DNA of 64,000 nt, taken from positions 51,065 through 115,064 of IMG/VR virus record IMGVR_UViG_3300027833_000021. One strand, written 5' to 3'. This document shows, one piece after another, positions 57,158 to 64,000 of the stretch. Both the position numbers and the translations under genes were made by a program. The notes below the pieces were generated by a model. It searched no databases and had not been told where the DNA came from. It saw only the letters and a list, made by a program, of their open reading frames with translations. The DNA is from a virus. Numbering within the stretch: position 1 is the stretch's first letter; every line of letters begins with the position of its first letter.

Positions 57158-57388
57158 GTGACATTTGAAGAAGCATATAGAAGATACGAACAATTGACTG
57201 TAGAATTAAGTCAAACAAATGATACAATGGAACTTGCAGGTGCCATGATGGGTCAAGCAATGAAGTTGTACAAAATGGTTTTAACGCCTGATGAATTTGA
57301 TGCACTAATGATAATAATTTCGAAAGCAAATGAATTAGATGATACTTCATGGCCAGATGATGAAACACCGTCGGGGACAATACACTGA
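57158..57388 (+). CDS. Hypothetical protein
   Basis: GGAG RBS and GTG start. Confidence 0.55.
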   Translation: MTFEEAYRRYEQLTVELSQTNDTMELAGAMMGQAMKLYKMVLTPDEFDALMIIISKANELDDTSWPDDETPSGTIH

Positions 57389-57621
57389 TGAAAACAAGTA
57401 CAGTTAAACCACACCTTAAGTGGAACGGATTCAGAGAACAATATATGGGTATTATTCAAAACTTAGTAAACAATATTGATATTTGTAATCGAAGATACGC
57501 TGAAGAAGGTGACGAGGGGTATCTAGCCGCCAGAAAAAAGTATATTGAAGAAGTAGAAGAACTTAAGACATTTATTGTAAAAAAAGAAAAAGAATTAGGT
57601 TATTATGGAGATGAACAATGA
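57388..57621 (+). CDS. Hypothetical protein
   Basis: Coupled ORF. Confidence 0.55.
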   Translation: MKTSTVKPHLKWNGFREQYMGIIQNLVNNIDICNRRYAEEGDEGYLAARKKYIEEVEELKTFIVKKEKELGYYGDEQ

Positions 57622-57809
57622 TTAAAAACGGCGAAACAGTAGAATTTAAAAAAGAAAACAGACGTGCAGTTATTATTGAAGAAACTCACTATGTAGTTAA
57701 ACTATATGTTGGTGATGAACTAGCAGAAGAAAGACCTTTGTATGGTAAAAGCAAACGCTATGCAGAAGATTGTGCTGAAAACTGGGAAAATGGAGTTATT
57801 AAGCAGTGA
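57618..57809 (+). CDS. Hypothetical phage protein
   Basis: KS.RYAEDCAENW motif. Confidence 0.6.
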   Translation: MIKNGETVEFKKENRRAVIIEETHYVVKLYVGDELAEERPLYGKSKRYAEDCAENWENGVIKQ

Positions 57810-58084
57810 AACGTAATTGGTTCAACAAACATCTGTTAGACTATGGAACAGACCAAGACGAAGTTTCTGTTTTAAAGTTTATTAAGATTTATTTGCTACA
57901 TTTCAAATTAGCAGGTAAAGAATTTATATTTTTGGCACATGCCGCCTTTGCGGCACTAGTACACACTTTATTCCCATTTTGGTATGGGTTTGAAATGATT
58001 GACTGGCAAATTGATATGCTAAAAAGATTGCATAAGAAGTTACCAGATTTAGAAGTTTGGAAACGTATAGAATTTAAAGATTAA
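57806..58084 (+). CDS. Small membrane-associated protein (DUF6356-like)
   Basis: KHL...YLLHF..A...ALVHTLFPF pattern. Confidence 0.5.
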   Translation: MKRNWFNKHLLDYGTDQDEVSVLKFIKIYLLHFKLAGKEFIFLAHAAFAALVHTLFPFWYGFEMIDWQIDMLKRLHKKLPDLEVWKRIEFKD

Positions 58085-58092
58085 AGAATAAT

Positions 58093-58167
58093 GTTCGGTT
58101 CGTCTATCGGTTAGGACTCCAGGTTTTCATCCTGGCAAGAGGGGTTCGATTCCCCTACCGAATACCA
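58093..58167 (+). tRNA. tRNA-Glu(UUC)
   Basis: CCAGG-TTTTCAT-CCTGG anticodon arm, GGTTCGATT, CCA end. Confidence 0.93.
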
Positions 58168-58177
58168 CTAATAATAG

Positions 58178-58260
58178 GAGAGACTTCTCTCGGGCGAGGG
58201 AGACATACATATGCCAAGGAGCCCAATCAAATAACCTCCAGTGCTATCATGTCTCCCGCC
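58178..58260 (+). ncRNA. Candidate small structured RNA downstream of tRNA-Glu
   Basis: GAGAG/CTCTC hairpin, then GGGAGACAT/ATGTCTCCC stem enclosing GGAG/CTCC. Confidence 0.4.
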
Positions 58261-58359
58261 AAACTTAAAAAACCCTAGAAAACCGCTAAAAACTTGACAA
58301 GATTTGAGTTTAGTGTTATACTTATTCTATAAGTTAATTAATTTAGGAGTTATTCCAGT

Positions 58360-59691
58360 ATGAAATCGTTAGTATACAAGACAGAAACGCAATCAGTTTG
58401 TGACTTTCTTGGTAGAGATAACATAGATGCGGATCCACCACACCAACGCCCTCAAATACAAGATAATAATAAACGTAAGGGCATTATTGAAGCAATGGTA
58501 TCTGGAATAGATATTGGCGAGGTTAAGTTAAACCAAACTTCAGAGGACCCAGAAGAATTAGAAGTAATTGACGGGTCAAATAGATTACGTTCTATTAGAC
58601 AGTTTAGTGATAATAAGTTTTCTGTCTATGAAAAGACCTTTTCAGAGTTATCAAGTGAAGAACAAGATATATTTCTAAATTATCCTCTTCGATATATAAT
58701 TTATGACAATTTATCACCACGAGACAAAGCATATCAGTTCCAAGCAACAAACAAAACAACTCAAGTAAACCACCAAGAAAAATTGAATTCATATGGTGTT
58801 GATTTACTAGCATCTTTGGTACGAGAATGTGTGCGTACAATTCCAGGAACAGATACAGTTCCAGAAGCATTGTTTCAATCTAGTATTAACAGAAAAGGTG
58901 ACAAGTTAAATTACAGATTTTTGAATTTTGACAATAATCAATTGAAAATTGAAGATGATGTGGCTCGTATTGCCTATCTTTGTAATTCAGATGAAGGACT
59001 AATTGGACATGAAGATAAAAAGATGGAAAAATTCTATGATACTCATGGTCTTAATGAAAAAGAAATTAAATCACTTCAAAAGAAAATGAAAAAGGTATTT
59101 CTGTTTGTTATGAAAAATGCAAATGCACGTATAGAAGGACCATTGGGATTAGGTATAAGTCATGGAGAATTTAGAGCCTTATATCGTTTATATTTTTATC
59201 TGAAAGATACCTATGGTGATTTTCACATTGAAGACTATGCAGAGTTCTTTAGAGCCTTTAAGAAAGGACATGATGCTTTTAACAGCAAAACTGGCACTCG
59301 GAATGAAACAGTGATTGATAAAAATGGTGTAGAAAAACTTGAATATCAAATATATGGCAAAGCCCTACAAAGCCATGAAAAATCTTGTGATATTGCAATC
59401 ACATACTTACTAGAAGAGTTTGATGTTGAGAAGTTTATGACTATCTTAGACAACAAAAGAGTATTCTCACGTGATGAACAAGAAACTCAACTTCAACGTC
59501 AGGACTTCAAATGTTGGATTGATGGATTACCATTAGCAATGAATGAAGCAGAAGGTGGACACATCGTTTCACATATCAAGGGCGGTAAAACTGATGCTGG
59601 GAACTTTCGTATGATGCGAAAAATTCACAATCGAAAGATGGGTAAGCAGAATGCTAGGGAATACAAAGAAAAGTTTCTATCAGAAGCATAA
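58360..59691 (+). CDS. DUF262 (GmrS/ParB-like) plus C-terminal HNH nuclease
   Basis: P.HQR, EVIDGSNRL, F...N, and GGHIVSHIKGGKT...N...HN. Confidence 0.75.
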   Translation: MKSLVYKTETQSVCDFLGRDNIDADPPHQRPQIQDNNKRKGIIEAMVSGIDIGEVKLNQTSEDPEELEVIDGSNRLRSIRQFSDNKFSVYEKTFSELSSEEQDIFLNYPLRYIIYDNLSPRDKAYQFQATNKTTQVNHQEKLNSYGVDLLASLVRECVRTIPGTDTVPEALFQSSINRKGDKLNYRFLNFDNNQLKIEDDVARIAYLCNSDEGLIGHEDKKMEKFYDTHGLNEKEIKSLQKKMKKVFLFVMKNANARIEGPLGLGISHGEFRALYRLYFYLKDTYGDFHIEDYAEFFRAFKKGHDAFNSKTGTRNETVIDKNGVEKLEYQIYGKALQSHEKSCDIAITYLLEEFDVEKFMTILDNKRVFSRDEQETQLQRQDFKCWIDGLPLAMNEAEGGHIVSHIKGGKTDAGNFRMMRKIHNRKMGKQNAREYKEKFLSEA

Positions 59692-59694
59692 AAC

Positions 59695-59735
59695 TTGACA
59701 ATCCTGTCAGGTGTGTTATAATAATTACATAATCA
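59695..59735 (+). promoter_or_regulatory. Early promoter cassette
   Basis: TTGACA...TGTTATAATAATTACATAATCA, matching 33518 and 33774. Confidence 0.75.
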
Positions 59736-59753
59736 ACAAAAAGGAATAGAACC

Positions 59754-59963
59754 ATGGGTATGTCAAGTTACATTTTCGATAACGTAGATAAGTTCTGGGA
59801 CATTGCAGAGGAAGTAGCATCTAGTAATGAGACCGGTGAAATCAAACTAGATTTTGACCAATTCAGAACGAAAATGTTAGAACACGCTGACCTTTTATCA
59901 GGTTCAGATTTAGCCGATGATGTTGAAGAAGCAATTTATCAAGCATGGTCAGACAACCTTTAA
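59754..59963 (+). CDS. Small acidic early protein
   Basis: AAGGA RBS and its own promoter. Confidence 0.65.
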   Translation: MGMSSYIFDNVDKFWDIAEEVASSNETGEIKLDFDQFRTKMLEHADLLSGSDLADDVEEAIYQAWSDNL

Positions 59964-59969
59964 AATACT

Positions 59970-60134
59970 ATGAAAAGAAAAAAGAAGATACATTTCTTGT
60001 ATCATATAAAGGACGTAGGCTTTAAGATGCTAACTGAATCACAAGCAAGAAAGTATAAAGATAAACATGGCGATGTTATATGGAATGTTCATACAACATT
60101 AGATATTTTACCCGAATTACTACCGGAGACTTAA
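59970..60134 (+). CDS. Small hypothetical protein (54 aa, not in ORF track)
   Basis: MKRKKKIHFLYHIKDVGF...; fills the gap, and its stop abuts the ligase ATG. Confidence 0.5.
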   Translation: MKRKKKIHFLYHIKDVGFKMLTESQARKYKDKHGDVIWNVHTTLDILPELLPET

Positions 60135-61253
60135 ATGGATAATATTACAACATTAGATGCATTATACAAGCGTGACTCGAAAGGCAAACTTAGAGTTTGG
60201 GAAGTACAATGGGGCTATACTGGTGATGTTGCTGGTACACGAACTATTAGTGGACTTGTAGATGGTAAGAAAGTAGAATCAGGTTGGAATATCAGTGAAG
60301 CAAAGAATGTAGGTCGTGCTAATGCAACTACTACGATTACTCAAGCAGAGTCCGAGGCTAAATCTCAGTGGGATATTAAAGCAGAAAAAGAATACTTTAA
60401 AGACCCTAAAGATGTAGACACTTATGACAAGTTTAAGCCGATGTTAGCACATGACTACACAAAGACTAAAGTTCCTGTAACACAAGGCTGGGTTCAACCT
60501 AAACTTGACGGTATTCGTTGTATCGTAAACAAGAATGGTATGTGGACTAGAAGTGGTAAAGCAATTACAAGTTGCCCACATATTTGGGAATCGTTGCAAG
60601 GTTTCATGGAGCAAAATCCACATTACATCTTAGATGGTGAATTATACAACCATGAACTAAAAGCAGATTTCAATAAAATTATTTCACTTGTGCGTAAAGT
60701 TAAGAGTACGCCTAGTGATATTGAAGAAGCCGCAAGTCTTGTGCAATATCATGTATATGATATGTGTGATACATCTGCACCAGAAATGACTTTTGTTAAT
60801 CGTATCAAACAAGCCTATTGGGCTAAGAACGATTATGTTCACATAGTAACAACTGATTTTTGTGAAACACAGGATGAACTTGATGAACTATACAGTGATT
60901 ATATGACAAACGGTTATGAAGGACAAATGGTTCGTCAGAATACTTCGTATGAAAATAAACGTAGTAAATCTTTACTAAAGCGTAAAGAGTTTATTACAGA
61001 AGAATATGATGTTGTAAGTGTAGAAGAAGGCCAAGGTAATTGGGCTGGTTATGCCAAACGATTTGTATTGAAACTGCCAAATGGTGCAGAGTTCGGTGCT
61101 GGTGTTCGAGGCAATCAAGCACAGTTAGAAGAACTTTGGAACTCAGATACAAAACCTACTTGGGCAACATTACGTTATTTTGAAATGACACCAGACGGTG
61201 TTCCAAGATTTCCAGTAGTCATTGATTACGGCACTGGTGTAAGAGAAGATTAA
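60135..61253 (+). CDS. ATP-dependent DNA ligase
   Basis: PMLA, QPKLDGIRC (KxDG), LDGELY, EGQMVR, LLKRK and PRFP. Confidence 0.95.
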   Translation: MDNITTLDALYKRDSKGKLRVWEVQWGYTGDVAGTRTISGLVDGKKVESGWNISEAKNVGRANATTTITQAESEAKSQWDIKAEKEYFKDPKDVDTYDKFKPMLAHDYTKTKVPVTQGWVQPKLDGIRCIVNKNGMWTRSGKAITSCPHIWESLQGFMEQNPHYILDGELYNHELKADFNKIISLVRKVKSTPSDIEEAASLVQYHVYDMCDTSAPEMTFVNRIKQAYWAKNDYVHIVTTDFCETQDELDELYSDYMTNGYEGQMVRQNTSYENKRSKSLLKRKEFITEEYDVVSVEEGQGNWAGYAKRFVLKLPNGAEFGAGVRGNQAQLEELWNSDTKPTWATLRYFEMTPDGVPRFPVVIDYGTGVRED

Positions 61254-61273
61254 TTTAACAGAAAGAAGATTTA

Positions 61274-61564
61274 ATGACAAGTTTTATTATTGATTGGTAT
61301 AATGTAATAATGGATAGTGAAAAGAACCCATTATCTAATATCAAAGATTTAAGAGTACGCCATATGGTGATGCAAATATTAGCATGGATGTGGTGCATTG
61401 TATTTACAGCAATGACTGGTACTTGGATGTACTTAGGTGCTAACATACTAATACACACATTACTATTAGGTGCAGTATGTTTAACAGTAGCAACATTTGA
61501 AGCCGCTAAACGCAAACCACAAATATTTTATACATTGCGTGGTGATGGTGGTGAACATGAATAG
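61274..61564 (+). CDS. Small membrane protein
   Basis: NPLSNI...QILAWMWC; two TM segments. Confidence 0.65.
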   Translation: MTSFIIDWYNVIMDSEKNPLSNIKDLRVRHMVMQILAWMWCIVFTAMTGTWMYLGANILIHTLLLGAVCLTVATFEAAKRKPQIFYTLRGDGGEHE

Positions 61565-61688
61565 AGTATTTTTTGCACTTATTCTTGGACTTTTACTAGC
61601 AATAGGCTTTCATCAACCGAATGAAGACATTCCAATCACAGATGAAAGTGTTGAAACAAGTGAGTAAGAAATTATAAGGAGTATTCGA

Positions 61689-62126
61689 GTGAGTATGCAT
61701 TTATTAGGTCCTGGCATGACTACAACTAACTACAAAAAGAGAAAAAAGAAACCTCTTTCTGTAGCAAAAGAAAATCAACTCAAGGCTGATTGGAAAAAGT
61801 ACAATAAAGACTGTCGTAGGAAGAATATGCATTCCGCTCAGTTCGATACTTTTGATGATTATAGTAAATATGTTCGTGGTGAATATAAAGCACCAAAGCA
61901 ACGTCCAAACCCCCTAAATAACTATCAAGCACCTGAAGTGCGTGAAACACAGGATTATCCAAGTTTGAGTAATACTATTTCTGCTCCTGCTGGTAAAAGA
62001 GAACCAATGAAATATACAGGTGAAAGAAAACTACTTGGTATTGCTACGATGCATAAAAGTAATATGGTTCCTGTGTTTGAAGACCAGAAAGAACAAGCAA
62101 TAGAAATAGCACAAATGAGGCGATAG
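61689..62126 (+). CDS. Conserved T4-like phage protein
   Basis: YTG..LLGIATMHKSNMVPV...A.MRR; AGGAG RBS and GTG start. Confidence 0.7.
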   Translation: MSMHLLGPGMTTTNYKKRKKKPLSVAKENQLKADWKKYNKDCRRKNMHSAQFDTFDDYSKYVRGEYKAPKQRPNPLNNYQAPEVRETQDYPSLSNTISAPAGKREPMKYTGERKLLGIATMHKSNMVPVFEDQKEQAIEIAQMRR

Positions 62127-62744
62127 ATGGACTTTAAAGATATACTATGGATGCCAATCGACCTTCCTGTCTTTGACATGAAAGATGAATTAGTGAATGA
62201 CTTTAGCGTAGACTTTGTTGCAGACGCTAAAGATTATGATGTTCGTGGTCAACTATTTTTAGAACACTCTAACAATTATTCAATATCTAAAGTGAAAGAG
62301 GGTTTAACAAACTCTCAAAATCACTTGATAGATTATTGCAAAACACATTTACCATTCACTGACTTAGTTAATATCAAAATTCATCATATCACAACTACAG
62401 GAATGAAGTTACATGTAGATTTTGGTGACCCAGAAAAGAACTTAGAATTATTCAAACACACAAATGAGCATGAGCCTTGTGGGTTTAGAATGATTATAAA
62501 GGGAACTAAATCTGGTGATATGGTAGTTAGCACTAATGATAAAATCATTGTTCCTACAATGCCAGATGAAACAGATTGGTATGCTCTTAATTACACCGAA
62601 GGTTTACACGGTTCAAATCCATTATCAACTGATATAGATGATAGATATGTTCTATTCTGTATGGGATGGATAGATAAAGATAAACACAAAGAACTTATAA
62701 ATCGCAGTATTGACAAGTATAGCGATTTTATTGTAAAAAATTAA
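62127..62744 (+). CDS. Hypothetical protein, possible cupin/oxygenase fold
   Basis: LHVD...LHG...R pattern. Confidence 0.4.
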   Translation: MDFKDILWMPIDLPVFDMKDELVNDFSVDFVADAKDYDVRGQLFLEHSNNYSISKVKEGLTNSQNHLIDYCKTHLPFTDLVNIKIHHITTTGMKLHVDFGDPEKNLELFKHTNEHEPCGFRMIIKGTKSGDMVVSTNDKIIVPTMPDETDWYALNYTEGLHGSNPLSTDIDDRYVLFCMGWIDKDKHKELINRSIDKYSDFIVKN

Positions 62745-62824
62745 AGATTTTACCTAATATCAGCATCATATTTTAACATTCTCATAAATATTTTTTGAGA
62801 ACTTACGAGTTTAAAAAAATTAAT

Positions 62825-62917
62825 GTAGCAACCTTCTCATTACGAGGTGCCAATGTACAGGGCAATAGGAAAGAGAGGACTACTAATCAGTTATACGAGG
62901 GTCGCTACCTCGAACTG
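62825..62917 (+). ncRNA. Candidate structured small RNA
   Basis: GC-richer island after CATAAATA (62783) with several stems and loop complementarity. Confidence 0.4.
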
Positions 62918-63002
62918 TAAAATTAATTAATAAAAGACTTGTATCTGTCCGTTAGATGGTGTATAATAAAAGATATTAATACAACATTAGAAGGATATAT
63001 CC

Positions 63003-63416
63003 ATGTCGAACAAAGTAAATCTCCAGTCATATCAAAATTTCGTACAAGCAGTGACTAGTGACGAAGCAAATGAACTCACCCCTTTTATTAACCGGTTAAA
63101 CGAACTATCTGAAACTACTGGATGTAATATTCCATTGTTCTTAAATAGTGCGATTGGCATGGCAGCCGAAGGTGGGGAATTTGCAGAAATCCCAAAGAAA
63201 GTATGTTTCCAAGGTAAACCACTAGATGAAGACACCATTTTTCATGCGAAAAGGGAACTCGGTGATATCATTTGGTATTGGATGAATGCATGTCGTTCTT
63301 TGAACTTAGACCCTAACGAAGTAATCGCAGAAAACGTAAACAAATTAGAATCACGTTATCCTGGCGGTTCATTTGATGTTCATTATAGTGAAAATCGACA
63401 AGACGGCGATTTATAA
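63003..63416 (+). CDS. mazG: MazG-like nucleotide pyrophosphohydrolase
   Basis: GMAAEGGEFAEIPKK...FQGKP...KRELGDIIWY...NVNKLESRYPGG. Confidence 0.88.
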   Translation: MSNKVNLQSYQNFVQAVTSDEANELTPFINRLNELSETTGCNIPLFLNSAIGMAAEGGEFAEIPKKVCFQGKPLDEDTIFHAKRELGDIIWYWMNACRSLNLDPNEVIAENVNKLESRYPGGSFDVHYSENRQDGDL

Positions 63417-63424
63417 ATACTATT

Positions 63425-63685
63425 ATGTTTGAATTAGACGATTACGATAAATTATCAGAAGAAGAACTGGACGAGAGAATACAAGATGTTCTAAAGAAAG
63501 TGGACATGGCGTATTCAATGGGTAATAACGAAGTTATGAACCAACTACTTTTTCATTTAGATAATTTAAAAATGGCATTAGGTGACAAACTTGAAAAACA
63601 AAGATATGACGCAATTTCAGGAAAGTTACCAGAACAATTCAGTATAACTGATGATGAATTAGACGAGGACCCAGAAAAGAAATAA
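63425..63685 (+). CDS. Hypothetical acidic protein
   Basis: ATG 5 nt after TATAAATA (63412-19). Confidence 0.6.
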   Translation: MFELDDYDKLSEEELDERIQDVLKKVDMAYSMGNNEVMNQLLFHLDNLKMALGDKLEKQRYDAISGKLPEQFSITDDELDEDPEKK

Positions 63686-64000
63686 TGGAAATATCATATA
63701 GTACAGAAAGTTACTCTACCTACAAAGCAGAATTTAGTGCAACCTTAGTTCAAACAACTGCAATGTTAATGAGTGACATATTCGAAGTAGAAATTACATT
63801 TGGATGGTTATCGCCCGATTATGCAAAAAGTAATGCGGCATTCTTAAAGATAAAATTCTTTATTGAACAGTTAATGCACCAATCTATATTAACTCATCCA
63901 ACAGCAAAAGTTGATATGGCAAATATAGAGAACAAAATCATTATGTTGCCTCATCCACCATCAAATGATGTGATTGCTATGGTACTACATTCAAAACTTA
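63685..64000 (+). CDS. Hypothetical protein, 3'-truncated by the window edge
   Basis: ATG at 63685 overlaps the upstream TAA; frame is open to the end (MEISYSTESYSTYKAEF...). Confidence 0.6.
   Translation, partial: MEISYSTESYSTYKAEFSATLVQTTAMLMSDIFEVEITFGWLSPDYAKSNAAFLKIKFFIEQLMHQSILTHPTAKVDMANIENKIIMLPHPPSNDVIAMVLHSKL

Noticed and set aside
1-64000. Interpretation as a bacterial chromosome, given clpX, infC, rpsU, guaC, acpS and pepA
   Set aside because: These genes lack their bacterial operon context and are mixed with a gp44-like clamp loader, a phage ligase, T4-late motifs and many small phage-type ORFs.
1-64000. CRISPR array, integrase/transposase, reverse transcriptase or diversity-generating retroelement
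   Set aside because: No regularly spaced direct repeats and no catalytic motifs for these enzymes were seen. The radical SAM duplicate is a full-length paralogue, not a short template/variable repeat pair, and no RT is present.
1-64000. Stop-codon reassignment
   Set aside because: Recognisable genes are full length under the standard code, TAA, TAG and TGA all end genes, and no suppressor tRNA is present.

Overview
This AT-rich, densely coding 64 kb window, mostly on the + strand, is a fragment of a large T4-like (myovirus-type) dsDNA phage, most likely marine and infecting a proteobacterium. Evidence: a gp44/RFC-type clamp loader, ATP-dependent DNA ligase, MazG proteins, SleB hydrolase, seven CCA-ended tRNAs, consensus sigma70 early promoters and many T4-late-like nATAAATA motifs. 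No major capsid, terminase or polymerase gene is visible, so this is an accessory region. It is rich in host-type genes. Translation and proteostasis: ClpX, IF3, bS21, Hsp20 with a ROSE-like leader, ClpS, Def, PepA, GreA, ArfA-like and Smr proteins. Fe-S and redox: YggX, FdxA, Fpr, glutaredoxin, MtnN and four twitch/SPASM radical SAM enzymes. Also present are a TctC/TctA transporter operon, sugar-modifying enzymes and a GREB1-type glycosyltransferase. The best candidates for undescribed systems are: (1) a late operon of DUF1415, an aminoacyl-tRNA-protein transferase (ATE/Bpt)-like protein and an amidinotransferase; (2) a tctC-tctA-oxygenase-P-loop operon behind a highly structured, riboswitch-like leader; (3) a self-contained support network for radical SAM enzymes; (4) a kit for remodelling translation initiation, ribosome rescue and N-degron proteolysis, found alongside apparently leaderless late genes; (5) late proteins sharing a capsid-targeting-like N-terminus; and (6) several orphan structured RNAs. 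All calls come from motif recognition by eye; no database searches or folding programs were run.
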